Below are positions 1 to 10,573 of a stretch of 64,000 nt of DNA, in pieces (positions within the stretch are counted from its first letter, which is position 1; every line of letters starts with the position of its first letter). Source of the stretch: Spirochaetia bacterium. Lineage in GTDB: Bacteria; Spirochaetota; Leptospiria; Turneriellales; JAOUFE01. Location: assembly GCA_029857955.1 (NCBI GenBank), contig JAOUFY010000004.1, forward strand, positions 7,954 through 71,953. Reading direction: 5' to 3'. The position numbers and the translations under genes were made by a program. The notes under the pieces were generated by a model. It saw nothing but the letters and a program-made list of their open reading frames with translations, made no database searches and was not told the DNA's origin.

Positions 1-1262
1 GGGTTGCAAGCGACAGATTGCGTCACAAAACTTCCTGGCCGTTTAAACTGTCGCTGTCGTTGGTACTTGGTTCTGCTACGCCAGCGATTGAAAGCATGTA
101 CTATGCTCAAAAAAATATTTTCATGCTCCATGAACTTAAAAAACGAGCAACGGGGCAATTATTACCGCAAATTTACATTCCGCTTCATATGCCGGCAGAC
201 GACGGGGCCGATGTATTATCACCATTTTTGGTTCGAAAAATGGAAGAACATCTTAAACGTGGAAATCAAGTTATCTTGATATTAAATCGCCGTGGTTATA
301 ACAATTGTGCTTTTTGCAATGTTTGTGAGCAAAATGTCATGTGTCCTCATTGCAGCGTTTCTTTAACGTACCATCGCCTGGATTCAAATTCTGGTTCAGA
401 CGGTAAAAATGTTTTAAAGTGCCATTTATGCGGCTATCATGAAAGTTATCGAACATTATGCAAGGAATGTGGAACAAAACTAAAACTTCTGGGTAAGGGA
501 ATTCAAAAAGTAGAAGATGCGCTTGAATTTCATTTTCCAAAATATGTTTATGCCCGAATGGATCAAGACAGCGTTTCGGCAAAGGGATATGCAGAAGATA
601 TAATCAGCGCCATGATCACCCGAAAAATTGATATTTTAATTGGCACGCAAATGATAGCCAAGGGCTTTGATTTACCCGGCGTTACATTGGTTGGTTTGCT
701 TAACACCGACATTGGACTTTCTTTGCCGGATTTTCGTGCTTCAGAACGGGTATTTCAACTTCTGGTTCAGGCAACCGGAAGAGCCGGCAGACACAGCGCA
801 GGTGAAGTCGTTATGCAAACCATGCAGCCTGGGCACTATGCGGTGTCAGCAGCATCTGAAAGCGATTACAAAACATTTTATGAACGGGAGCTGAAGCTTC
901 GTCATAAAATGAACTATCCTCCGTTTTGCCGTCTGCTGAGGATAGTTTTTCGCAGTAAAAACGAAGATACATTATGGCATTTTGTCAATCGTTTGAAAAT
1001 GCACATTCAGGAAATCTCCAGCGAAAACTCGCTCTTTGATCGTCAGACCAATAAAAATCTTCCTTCTGAAATACTTGGACCAATTGAGGCGTCGCTTTAT
1101 AAAATCAATAATGAATTCAGAGTGCATATTCTCGTTAAAGATCAGTCTATTGAACATTTAAAAGATTTTGGGAAAAATATTAAAAACTACTACACTTCAC
1201 AGAGACGTAAATTTGAGGGACTAATAGCCGACTTCGATCTTGACCCGTTAGATGTACTGTAG
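1..1262 (+). CDS. priA: Primosomal protein N' (PriA), 5'-truncated by window edge
   Basis: VLGSATP, LILNRRGY, CxxC zinc-binding clusters, ILIGTQMIAKGFD, QATGRAGR; frame is open to the left edge. Confidence 0.96.
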   Translation, partial: VASDRLRHKTSWPFKLSLSLVLGSATPAIESMYYAQKNIFMLHELKKRATGQLLPQIYIPLHMPADDGADVLSPFLVRKMEEHLKRGNQVILILNRRGYNNCAFCNVCEQNVMCPHCSVSLTYHRLDSNSGSDGKNVLKCHLCGYHESYRTLCKECGTKLKLLGKGIQKVEDALEFHFPKYVYARMDQDSVSAKGYAEDIISAMITRKIDILIGTQMIAKGFDLPGVTLVGLLNTDIGLSLPDFRASERVFQLLVQATGRAGRHSAGEVVMQTMQPGHYAVSAASESDYKTFYERELKLRHKMNYPPFCRLLRIVFRSKNEDTLWHFVNRLKMHIQEISSENSLFDRQTNKNLPSEILGPIEASLYKINNEFRVHILVKDQSIEHLKDFGKNIKNYYTSQRRKFEGLIADFDLDPLDVL

Positions 1263-1332
1263 TCAGAAGGTTTTTTATAGAAAAATTCAACTGCCTGCCG
1301 GGCGTCTCGGCGATTGTTAAAGCGGTAAATTT

Positions 1333-2028
1333 TTAATCACGGTTATTTCGTTCAAAGAAATCTTCCCATTCATGCTCTGACCACCATTCATGTTCAATTC
1401 CATTACAACCTGAACCAAAATGACGACAGCTCATGCAGCCATCGCCTCGTATATGTTCCGGTATCTTTAATACAGGATCATATTTTTTTATGAGATCTTC
1501 GGCAATACGTATATTTTTGTCGGCGTTTAAATCGGTAAATTTAAATTCTTCAATAAATTTTTCATAGGCATTGTTCATTTCAATTAGCGCCATTCCTCGA
1601 ATTCGTTCGGTGACTTCCGTTAAAAAAACGCTGTCTTCCTTGTCGATGTGTTCCCACAAATTGCCGCAATAGTTTACCGATTTGTCATAAATTGATTTTT
1701 TATCTTCATCATTTAAATCGGGTTTTTCAAGTAGCGTCAGTATTTCTTCCGCGAATGTTAGATGTTCGGTATGTTCAAGCGCATAGTAATATAAAGGTCC
1801 TTTATCTCTGGGAAGATTTAATTTCTCAAGAGCAGTAAATATAACAGCTTCTTCTTTTTGCGTATGAAATTTTACCATAAAGGATATAAAAAAATTACAT
1901 AAAGCTTTTAAATCTTGTTTGTATTCCAGTGTATCCGCTTCGGTAAGCATTTTAGCAATCGCTACCATTGAGCCGGCGGCTTTTTCAAACAGACGATGTT
2001 CGTTTTCAATATCAGTAAATATGTTCAT
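1333..2028 (-). CDS. Hemerythrin (HHE) domain protein with C-terminal Cys-rich tail
   Basis: EH, FHTQKEE, EHTEH, HIDKED spacing typical of hemerythrin-like proteins; tail GCMSCRHFGSGCNGIEHEWW. Confidence 0.8.
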   Translation of the reverse strand: MNIFTDIENEHRLFEKAAGSMVAIAKMLTEADTLEYKQDLKALCNFFISFMVKFHTQKEEAVIFTALEKLNLPRDKGPLYYYALEHTEHLTFAEEILTLLEKPDLNDEDKKSIYDKSVNYCGNLWEHIDKEDSVFLTEVTERIRGMALIEMNNAYEKFIEEFKFTDLNADKNIRIAEDLIKKYDPVLKIPEHIRGDGCMSCRHFGSGCNGIEHEWWSEHEWEDFFERNNRD

Positions 2029-2098
2029 AAGGTAATATCATAAATTATTTATCCAATGTCTACCTTTTGTTTTTTACGTGTGTAAAAACAGTTAAAAT

Positions 2099-2989
2099 CT
2101 ATAATCCAAGCATTTCGTAATAAGGAATTAATTCATGAGGGGTTTGGTAATCACGATATCGGGCATTTAGAAATACAAGAGGAAACGCAGGTAATGTATT
2201 GCCGGCATTTACCCTGTTTTGACTTTTTAAAATATTTTGCACTTCAAACGGTGTTATATCTCCTCTGCCGACTAAAAGCAATGTACCTGTTATAATACGA
2301 ATCATGTTGTGTAAAAAACCGGAGCCATGAAAATAAAAATATAAAAATGAATCTTTAGGTATAATATAAATCTTGTCAACTCGACGAATGGTTATTTCAT
2401 TTGTGACTTTATAAATGTTTTTGGTAAAAGATGCAAAGTCATGTTCGCCGATTAAATACTCGGCAGCCTGGCGCATGGAATCCAGATCCACCGGATACCT
2501 GATCCAGAGGTGATTGTTTTGATACATGGCCATTCTGTATTTGGACGTGATGATTCCGTATATGTATTCTCTGGACTGGCACGAAAATCTTGCATGAAAA
2601 TCATCTGGTACAATATTTCCATAAATAATGGAGATATCTTTTGGCAAAATACAGTTTAAATTATAAATCATTCTGTCGATATGCATTTCAAATTTATGAA
2701 TATGCGGATTAGATGATTTATGCGGTAATGAAAGATTGATATTGCTTTGTGAACTTACATCTTTTGTTCGAAATAATAAATCTGATTCATTAATTTCAAA
2801 ATGAATAACCTGACCGGCTGAATGTACTCCTGAATCAGTTCGACCTGCGCAGTGAATTCTTACGTTACTTCTAAAATAAATTTTAAGAATATTTTCAATT
2901 TCTTCTTGAACGGATCTTTCGCCTGTTTGTCTTTGAAATCCATGAAAATGTAATCCATTGTACTGAATTGTCAGGGCAATTTTCATCAA
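2099..2989 (-). CDS. truA: tRNA pseudouridine(38-40) synthase
   Basis: YNGLHFHGFQRQ, AGRTDSGVHS, FHARF, GEHDFASF, GFLHNMIRII. Confidence 0.96.
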   Translation of the reverse strand: MMKIALTIQYNGLHFHGFQRQTGERSVQEEIENILKIYFRSNVRIHCAGRTDSGVHSAGQVIHFEINESDLLFRTKDVSSQSNINLSLPHKSSNPHIHKFEMHIDRMIYNLNCILPKDISIIYGNIVPDDFHARFSCQSREYIYGIITSKYRMAMYQNNHLWIRYPVDLDSMRQAAEYLIGEHDFASFTKNIYKVTNEITIRRVDKIYIIPKDSFLYFYFHGSGFLHNMIRIITGTLLLVGRGDITPFEVQNILKSQNRVNAGNTLPAFPLVFLNARYRDYQTPHELIPYYEMLGL

Positions 2990-5340
2990 GGCTTGTTATC
3001 GCCGTAAAAAATCTGGGCAAAAGTAAGATCATTAAATACTTTACTTCTTGCCGATTTTACCTGATTAAAGTAATTTTCTACTCGCGTTTTAAATTGATTA
3101 TCGATGCTGGTTTCTGGTATATGATAATCCGTCGGATCAATGTCGTCCATGATTTCGTTCATTTTAAGAGTTGCCGGACTGACCACCGGAGTGTATCTGT
3201 TTTTTCCGGTTTTTTCCAAAATGTTTCTGTCTGTAAACTTTTCAATGATGCTGTAAAATTCAGTATAATTGTTGTGGCAAACGCGAACAAGATCGGCTTC
3301 TTTTGTAGAACCATTTCCTTTATCATAGTTGTTATACAAAATGTATAACATTTTAAGTCCAAACCACATTTGACGCTTTTCTTTTTCTACTTTCATTGTT
3401 AAACCGCTAAGCTTAAGCAGTCCCGGGTTTTGTATAAAAAAGGCTATTTCTGCTCCAAATAACATAATAGAAACTGATGTATAAACCAACAAGAGAACCA
3501 GCGGAATCGCAGCAAGTGTTCCATAAATGGCAAACGTGCCTTTTGAAAATGAAGAAACGTAGTATTTAAAAACCAAAAGGAAAACTACCCAGAGTAAAGA
3601 AGTCACGGCTGCGCCATAAATAGCCGCTTTATTGACAACCTCGGTAAAGGGCATAACTTTGTATAATAAAAAGAAAATAATTCCGATGACTATAAAAGGC
3701 AGAATAAAACTTCCAAAAGCAGAAAGCATGGTTCTGGCAAATGGAGACTTTTGAATAACCGAAAATTCATAAAACTTTTCATTAGTGTTTTTTAATATTT
3801 CATATCTTGTTCCTGTAATGTAGATTTTATTTTCTTTTGGATTATAGATTACTTGAGTCAAGTTTTCCTTTGTATTGAATTCAGTTGGTTTCCATATCGT
3901 GCCGGCGTCATCTGTATACCGGATAAAACCTTTTTCTCCAATGATCACACCTTCTTTGTCATTTATAAAAGTAATTCCTTTAAATTCAATGTTATTGATA
4001 CCCAGGTTATTTTTTTTCCAGGTTTTTCCATCATCTGATGAGTGAAGTAAAGTTCCATAATCGCCGGTTATCCAGACATCGCTGCCGTGCTTATATATAC
4101 GATTTAAAGTTGCCCTGTCTTTTCCAGTAAGTTGTGTAACTTCGTTAAAAAGTTTCCAGTGCATACCATTATCTTCACTTACAAGAGATGAAAATGTATC
4201 ACCGACTATGACAAGTTTATCGCGGCCCAGCATTTGTATGTCATATAAATCGAAGTCAATATTTTTGATATAATTTGGTACCCAGCTTTTGCCGCCATTG
4301 TCGGTTCTCAAAATCAAGCCTTTGTTTCCGATAATATAACCGGTTTGATCATTATACATTTTAATTTTATTAAAATGTACATCAAATAGAAGTTTAAAAT
4401 CTTCACGTTCATAACATTGGATATCCCATAATTTTTCATCGTTACCGATATTGTTGATGATGCATCCATTGTCCGTCAAAATCCATGATTTTCCATTTTG
4501 AGAAGCATACGAAACAAAAGTTCTCCATGAAATATCTTTTACTGACGGGTTATATAGTTTTGGCAAATGCGGCTCTTTTTCTTCAGGTGAAAGAATACTG
4601 TTTGTTTCTTTGTTAAATAAAATGGTATCTTTGCGGGCCTCAAAATCAATGTTTGAAACAATATCGACGGGATTCCATTTTCCATTTGTATACGTCAAGT
4701 ACGTTGCTTTTTCACCTGTAATTACTGTTTTGTTTTCAAGGGCTTCAAAAGAAACAAGATCTGGCGGAGCTGCTTGATTTACGACTCTTTGTCCAAGAGA
4801 AATACCGACTGTAAGCAAAATGGGTCCAAAAATAAGAACCAGTAAAAAACCGCTGATTTTTTGAATCCATGGGCGTCCCTTTTTAACCATCCAGATTCGG
4901 TTCATTGCATCTTCAAGATTACGAAGGGCGCTTGTGGCAGTGAATAATAAAACAAGAAAACCAATCCCTGTTACGGCATTGGCATTGTTTAACAATTCGT
5001 TTATGATGTTAATATAAGGATCGGGATCAATGGGAATGCCCTGTTTTCGAATAAATTCACGGGCATATAAAAAATATTTTTCTTTTTCGATTATTTTAGC
5101 TCCGACTAAAAGCGCAACAACCATGACGGGAACAAAACTGACAACGAGAGAATAGCTGATGGACGCTGCACGAAGCAATGCCTCATCATCAAGAAATTTC
5201 TTGATGGATCCAATGAGGATTCGTACAACATCACGTAAGCCGTGTTTAAACGATTTTTGATCAGGTGAAGTATGATCACCTATGATTTTATCCAAGGCAG
5301 TAAATAATTTTTTCTTTAATCCCGTTTTTTCCTGTTCCAT
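2986..5340 (-). CDS. YihY/BrkB-family membrane protein with inserted YCF48/BNR-repeat domain and C-terminal extension
   Basis: RAASISYSLVVSFVP and YGTLAAIPLVLLLVY...GAE YihY motifs flank repeated SxDxGxxW Asp-boxes (TDNGGKSW, SEDNGMHW, SDDGKTW, TDDAGTIW); ATG 5340 has an AGAAGGA SD. Confidence 0.85.
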   Translation of the reverse strand: MEQEKTGLKKKLFTALDKIIGDHTSPDQKSFKHGLRDVVRILIGSIKKFLDDEALLRAASISYSLVVSFVPVMVVALLVGAKIIEKEKYFLYAREFIRKQGIPIDPDPYINIINELLNNANAVTGIGFLVLLFTATSALRNLEDAMNRIWMVKKGRPWIQKISGFLLVLIFGPILLTVGISLGQRVVNQAAPPDLVSFEALENKTVITGEKATYLTYTNGKWNPVDIVSNIDFEARKDTILFNKETNSILSPEEKEPHLPKLYNPSVKDISWRTFVSYASQNGKSWILTDNGCIINNIGNDEKLWDIQCYEREDFKLLFDVHFNKIKMYNDQTGYIIGNKGLILRTDNGGKSWVPNYIKNIDFDLYDIQMLGRDKLVIVGDTFSSLVSEDNGMHWKLFNEVTQLTGKDRATLNRIYKHGSDVWITGDYGTLLHSSDDGKTWKKNNLGINNIEFKGITFINDKEGVIIGEKGFIRYTDDAGTIWKPTEFNTKENLTQVIYNPKENKIYITGTRYEILKNTNEKFYEFSVIQKSPFARTMLSAFGSFILPFIVIGIIFFLLYKVMPFTEVVNKAAIYGAAVTSLLWVVFLLVFKYYVSSFSKGTFAIYGTLAAIPLVLLLVYTSVSIMLFGAEIAFFIQNPGLLKLSGLTMKVEKEKRQMWFGLKMLYILYNNYDKGNGSTKEADLVRVCHNNYTEFYSIIEKFTDRNILEKTGKNRYTPVVSPATLKMNEIMDDIDPTDYHIPETSIDNQFKTRVENYFNQVKSARSKVFNDLTFAQIFYGDNKP

Positions 5341-5414
5341 ATATTTCCTTCTTCTATAAAACGGATATTCGGACAAACGTTTTTTAAATCAAAATTAAAA
5401 GTAAATGATAAATT

Positions 5415-8400
5415 TTATTTTCCTGGATAAAGTATGTTTAAAAACTTTTTTGCGATGGGGTCGGAATTTACACGTTTAATCATGGAAACATAGGGGGCGC
5501 GATCACAAATTCCTGAATAGCTGCAGAAATCGCATTTTGACTCCCATTTATCTTCTGGAGATTTCTTGTGACCAAATGAAAAAAAATAACCTGAGGCAAG
5601 CGTTTCCGAAAGTACATGTAAGCCATCTTTTAAGAGTAGTTCGAGTTCGCCTGATATTTTATCTATGGGGTAAATATTTTCTTCCTCAATTTCCATAAAA
5701 TATGTATTTTTTGTTTTTTTAGAAGGGGCTGTAAATTCATAGGCTCCCTGAATATTTTCAACAGGAACATTCCACATATTATCATTTTGCTTTATTATAT
5801 CACAGATCGCTTTTATATAAAGCGGTAATTGGAATTTTCCCAGGCTTTTAATATCATCAATGCTCCATGATTCGTTTTTTGATTTACCGGTTTTATAATC
5901 AAGTACACAGACAGATTTTTGATCAGGGCAATAATCAATACGGTCAATTCTGCCTTTAAAAGTAAACGAGCCAAGCGCGATGTTTTCAAAAGCAAGTTCA
6001 ACTGAAAGGGGGTAATGATCGTACAACGGATGTTTTTCATTTTCAGCAAGGTAAAAAAAATTTTTAAAATAATCTTGAAATTGTTCAAATGCTTCGTTTA
6101 AAACAGATCTCGTAAAAATTTCAAAATCTGTTTTATTTTCGCCAAGTAAATTTTGTTCACCTGTTTTAAACGATTCCATCAGCAGTTTATTCAGATCATT
6201 TTGATTTATGCATTTGTTTATTTTAGAATATTCTTTTTGGGGAAATTTTAATATTAATTGATTGATGAGGTTTTTTGCAGAAGCGTGAAACAATGTGCCT
6301 GTTTGTCTTTTTTCAAGAAATCTTTCTTCGTAGTAATTGACCGGCGTCGATAGTTTTTTAATTTTCTCAAAATGAAAGAGCTGCGGACACCATGCAAGGT
6401 TTTCTACGTTTCCTGACGAACTTACTTTTTCAATATTTTCGGGAGATACCAGACCTGTATAGTTTTGATACATTTGCCGGTAGTTATTGCTGTCGCTGAA
6501 AGTAAATTTTGATAAAAAAGATTGGTGCAGGTTTTGAACACTTTGAGATGATTTATTTTCAGATATGGGTAATTTATCCGGGCTGGTTTCTTGTTCAGAG
6601 TCCATGCATGTATTTTTATTTTTACGTTCAAAAAAAGGAAGGTCTGCCAGCAGTTTTTCCTTTTTAATAATTTTCCCCGGCTCAGACGGTATTTGTTCAA
6701 AAATAAAGTCTGACGGGGCGGAGTCTTGCTGAAGATTAAATGTCAAACAGTAGCCGCGCTGAACCATCTGCAGGCTGTCTTGAATTTTTCTTTTTTGATC
6801 GGTTGCGCTTAAATTAAGTACAAATTTAATTTCGTCGCCAGAGCTTTCCATAAAGTCAGGATGACGACTTTGAACAGGAAAAGCTTTAGAAGTTAAATTA
6901 GTGATAAACAAATAATCAATGGGGGAGTGAACTCCCTCTTGAACGTTTCTCGCATACACAACAGGTAGTTCATCACGGGGTATTCCCGAAGATTTTAATT
7001 TTAAATCGGAGATTTCATCATAAAGCAAAGAATAATAAAAAGCCGCTTCTATACCTTCTGCAAAATATCTGTCGAGTATTAAAAAACTATCAGTAATTTT
7101 ATGGATAGCTTCCATTTGAGCATTAAAGACTTCATCTGGCAATCGAGAGCGTTTGAGATATTTTTTAAATGTTTGTAAAAAAAGAACAGAATGTTTAGAC
7201 GGAAGAAATTTCATCGATAGTTTTTTTTGATCGTTTTTTAGTTCATTTACAAAACTTTTAAAATTTTCATGATCTTTTAATGTCTTCATTTTTTGTACTA
7301 GAGAATTAAGACTGATCGAAGTATTGATTTCATGGTTATTGTAAATAAACTGAATGGTATCTTCATGCGAATTATCGCTGTCGCTTAAGGCTTGAGCATA
7401 AAAAACCGGATTAAAAAATAATTCAATGAATTGATTTCTGGTAAGTTGGTCATTTGCGCTTTTAAGTGAAAGTAGATCAATTAAATCTGCCGCTATAGAT
7501 ATAATTGATTTTGTCTTTGCAGAATATTTTTCAGGATGATTTAACCCAAGCCCTTGTTTTTTCAGGGCGTTTTCCAGGATAGGTAATTCCCTTGCCGAAG
7601 CGTAGAGAATAAATATACTGTGAAGCGAAATACCGTTGTCATATAACTTTCGTATGGAGCTGGCAATTAATTCATATTCATCGTGAGTATCTTTACATAT
7701 TCGTATTTTTAATTCTTTAGGTACATGATCATTTGAGAAAAAATATTTATTTTTCTGGAGCCATTCACCATATGACGGTTTTAAGTTGTCTTGATTCTTA
7801 ATTGAATATATTTCGTGTTCGCTTGATAATTGCAATGGTTTTAAAATATGTCCATATGAAGAATTGTTTTGAGTTAGATCATTTCTGAAAATAAATTTCC
7901 ATTGGCTTGCATTATTTTTTATAAGAAAATTCATTTTCAGGATTTCAATAACATTGTAGCTCGTTGGGAAAAAACAAAGAACCTGACGGATGTTTAAAAA
8001 TTCAGAGTCAGGAAACATTTTGCTTTTATTGTTGTTTTCGTTATAGTTAGACGAGATGTATACTTCGGGTAAAGTCTGTAAGTCATTTTTTTTCATTGAC
8101 TCATATACGTCGTTAAATAATGAAAAAATTTCAGAAGATAAATCATTTTCTTTTTTAATGTCAAGTTCATCCGGTTGAATTTGCCTGTTCCAGGAGTAAA
8201 GATGCCAAAGGTAAAGAATTTCATTTTTAAACGCAGGAAGTTTTAAAAGTTCACGAAGATATGCGGATGATTTTCGTACTGCATTTTCTGATTCAATTAG
8301 TTTTTCAAATTCACTGACTTTTTGGAATATCATTGCTTTTTCTGCAAGTTTCGTATGAATGATTTTGTCTGATGACTTTTGAAACGGAAGAATTTTTTTT

Positions 8401-8588
8401 ATCCATTGGTCAATGGTGAGAAAATGAACATTAAAAAAAGATTTTATTTTGTAGTTTTCATGAAAGTATATTCTTAGTCTCATGATGTCCATTACGTTTC
8501 GGCACAGTAAAACTGTGGGTTCATCTGGCCGCAGCCATTTGTAAAAAACCTTTATAAATTCATCTTCTTTAAGGGATGTATATTTCAT
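5415..8588 (-). CDS. AddB/RexB-like PD-(D/E)XK nuclease with 4-Cys Fe-S staple
   Basis: WCPQLF ... GRIDRID ... LDYKTG ... QLPLY ... CDFCSYSGIC at the C-terminus; long degenerate N-terminal region. Confidence 0.8.
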   Translation of the reverse strand: MKYTSLKEDEFIKVFYKWLRPDEPTVLLCRNVMDIMRLRIYFHENYKIKSFFNVHFLTIDQWIKKILPFQKSSDKIIHTKLAEKAMIFQKVSEFEKLIESENAVRKSSAYLRELLKLPAFKNEILYLWHLYSWNRQIQPDELDIKKENDLSSEIFSLFNDVYESMKKNDLQTLPEVYISSNYNENNNKSKMFPDSEFLNIRQVLCFFPTSYNVIEILKMNFLIKNNASQWKFIFRNDLTQNNSSYGHILKPLQLSSEHEIYSIKNQDNLKPSYGEWLQKNKYFFSNDHVPKELKIRICKDTHDEYELIASSIRKLYDNGISLHSIFILYASARELPILENALKKQGLGLNHPEKYSAKTKSIISIAADLIDLLSLKSANDQLTRNQFIELFFNPVFYAQALSDSDNSHEDTIQFIYNNHEINTSISLNSLVQKMKTLKDHENFKSFVNELKNDQKKLSMKFLPSKHSVLFLQTFKKYLKRSRLPDEVFNAQMEAIHKITDSFLILDRYFAEGIEAAFYYSLLYDEISDLKLKSSGIPRDELPVVYARNVQEGVHSPIDYLFITNLTSKAFPVQSRHPDFMESSGDEIKFVLNLSATDQKRKIQDSLQMVQRGYCLTFNLQQDSAPSDFIFEQIPSEPGKIIKKEKLLADLPFFERKNKNTCMDSEQETSPDKLPISENKSSQSVQNLHQSFLSKFTFSDSNNYRQMYQNYTGLVSPENIEKVSSSGNVENLAWCPQLFHFEKIKKLSTPVNYYEERFLEKRQTGTLFHASAKNLINQLILKFPQKEYSKINKCINQNDLNKLLMESFKTGEQNLLGENKTDFEIFTRSVLNEAFEQFQDYFKNFFYLAENEKHPLYDHYPLSVELAFENIALGSFTFKGRIDRIDYCPDQKSVCVLDYKTGKSKNESWSIDDIKSLGKFQLPLYIKAICDIIKQNDNMWNVPVENIQGAYEFTAPSKKTKNTYFMEIEEENIYPIDKISGELELLLKDGLHVLSETLASGYFFSFGHKKSPEDKWESKCDFCSYSGICDRAPYVSMIKRVNSDPIAKKFLNILYPGK

Positions 8589-8649
8589 TTTATATTGTAA
8601 AAAAATATGTTCTAATTTATTTTAAAGCCACTGGTTATCGTGTTATATT

Positions 8650-9450
8650 TCAACGTTTAAAAAATAATTTATTTAAAAAAGTAGGGTTAAATATTTTAGG
8701 GCGCGAATATTGATATAAAGCCGGAAATTCCGATCGCCATTTTAAAACTTCAGAAAGATGAATTTGCGTATCATTGCCTTTTTTGCTTTTGCCGAGATCC
8801 AGTAAAATATTTCCTTTAGGGCCAATAACCATGGAATGTCCTCCCAGGTTTTGATTAAAAGAATGGCCGATTGCATTTACAACAACAAAATAACATTGAT
8901 TTTCAATGGCCCTTGCCTTTGCCAAGGCAATCATATGATCAATGCGTTCAACAGGCCATTGCGCTATCAGATAAATTAAATCTGTTTCTTTTGCCGCATA
9001 TTTTCTAAACAGCTCTGGAAATCGAAGATCATAACAAATGGCAAGACCAATCTGCATACCTTTAAAAGTAAAAAAAATGTTATTTTTTCCCGGAGTTAAA
9101 TGTTTGTCTTCCTGAAAAGCGGGAATTAAATATTGTTTATCATAAATACCGAGAAAGCCGCCGGTTTCATCAACAAAAAAAGCGCGGTTATAAAACCGGT
9201 TTTTTTCTTCCCAGAAAAAGGAACCGAGAAAAGCTGATTTTGATGATTTACACAGGTATTGAATTTTTCGCAAGTATAATTCACTTTCATGAGCGATGGC
9301 TTTCAGGTTTTTATAATTAAATCCGCTTAAAAAAACTTCGGGGCAGATGATTATATCAACGTGCAGATTGTTTTCAAAAACCTCGGTAAGGTTTTTAAAG
9401 TTAACTTCTGAATTGTCATGAATTTGAGTCTGGTGAAGATAAATTTTCAT
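8650..9450 (-). CDS. Carbon-nitrogen hydrolase (nitrilase superfamily amidohydrolase)
   Basis: Catalytic triad contexts CPE, YDK, ICYDLRFPE; ARAIENQ. Confidence 0.92.
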   Translation of the reverse strand: MKIYLHQTQIHDNSEVNFKNLTEVFENNLHVDIIICPEVFLSGFNYKNLKAIAHESELYLRKIQYLCKSSKSAFLGSFFWEEKNRFYNRAFFVDETGGFLGIYDKQYLIPAFQEDKHLTPGKNNIFFTFKGMQIGLAICYDLRFPELFRKYAAKETDLIYLIAQWPVERIDHMIALAKARAIENQCYFVVVNAIGHSFNQNLGGHSMVIGPKGNILLDLGKSKKGNDTQIHLSEVLKWRSEFPALYQYSRPKIFNPTFLNKLFFKR

Positions 9451-9670
9451 ATGTAAACTTAAGATACTTTATTTAATATGATTACAACATCAAGCATATT
9501 ATAAATATTTTTTATACCATCTGTCACGATTCCTGTGAGCGATAAATTCGGTTGCGGCCGCCCTGTATTATCAATACGGCAGGGTTGTCTCGACAATGCT
9601 GCCGTTTTTTCGTGTCCGGCTGCATGCTTAAAAAAGTTGACCGGCTAGATCTATGCCTCATTAAGACGGT

Positions 9671-10573
9671 GTGTTGAAAATTTTTACAATGATTCGCGAT
9701 TTTTCACGTATGGTGAAACTTTCGCATACGGTTTTTGCCCTGCCATTTGCCCTGGTTGCCGTGATGATTATATGGGATCAGCATCTTGTCCGCATCACCT
9801 GGCTGGATACGGTTTTTATTGTGCTTGCCTTTACCGGCGTTCGCAGTTTCTCTATGGCGATCAATCGAATTGCCGATGCTCGTATTGACGCGATGAATCC
9901 GCGAACCAGCGGGCGTGAAATACCTCGTGGAAAGTTGACCATTGGGCAGGTTTGGTTTTTTGCGGCTTTTTCATTGCTGGTTGTCTGGATTTTTTCTTAT
10001 TTGCTTAGTCCTGTTGCTTTTGTTGTTTCGTTTCCGGCTTTAATTTTACTGGCCGGTTATAGCTACAGCAAGCGCTTTACATGGTTTTGTCATCTCTGGC
10101 TTGGCGCCGTTATTGGAATGGCTCCTTTGGCCGTATACATTGCCCTTACGCAAAGTCTGCCGTTGGATGCATGGATTTTGTTTGTAACCTTAAGTACTTA
10201 CATTGCCGGTTTTGATATTCTTTATTCTATTCAGGACGTTGATTTTGATCGTAAAATGAATTTGTACTCCATGCCGTCTCGACTGGGGATTACTTCGTCA
10301 TTGTGGATTTCTGCAGTACTGCATTTGTTCAGCATTGCGGGATTTATATCTCTAGGCATAAATATTCATGCTCACGTTTATTATTTTATGGGTAATGTAT
10401 TGATCATATTTATGATTTTTGCAGAACATGTTGTGATCGGCTGGGGCAGCCGCCTTAATCGCGATAAAATTCCGGTTGCTTTTTTTAATTACAACAGCGT
10501 TGTCAGTCTGTCGTTTTTAATTTTTACTTTTCTGGATGTTGTAAATTTCAGCCTCTCAAACAGCGGACTATGA
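9671..10573 (+). CDS. UbiA-like polyprenyltransferase (MqnP-type)
   Basis: KLSHTVFALPFA, NRIADARIDAMNPRT, YSKRF, FDILYSIQDVDFD. Confidence 0.9.
   Translation: MLKIFTMIRDFSRMVKLSHTVFALPFALVAVMIIWDQHLVRITWLDTVFIVLAFTGVRSFSMAINRIADARIDAMNPRTSGREIPRGKLTIGQVWFFAAFSLLVVWIFSYLLSPVAFVVSFPALILLAGYSYSKRFTWFCHLWLGAVIGMAPLAVYIALTQSLPLDAWILFVTLSTYIAGFDILYSIQDVDFDRKMNLYSMPSRLGITSSLWISAVLHLFSIAGFISLGINIHAHVYYFMGNVLIIFMIFAEHVVIGWGSRLNRDKIPVAFFNYNSVVSLSFLIFTFLDVVNFSLSNSGL

Noticed and set aside
2680-2790. ~30-aa insertion in TruA as an intein or in-frame repeat
   Set aside because: Too short for an intein, no splice motifs, and no match to the repeat families seen here.
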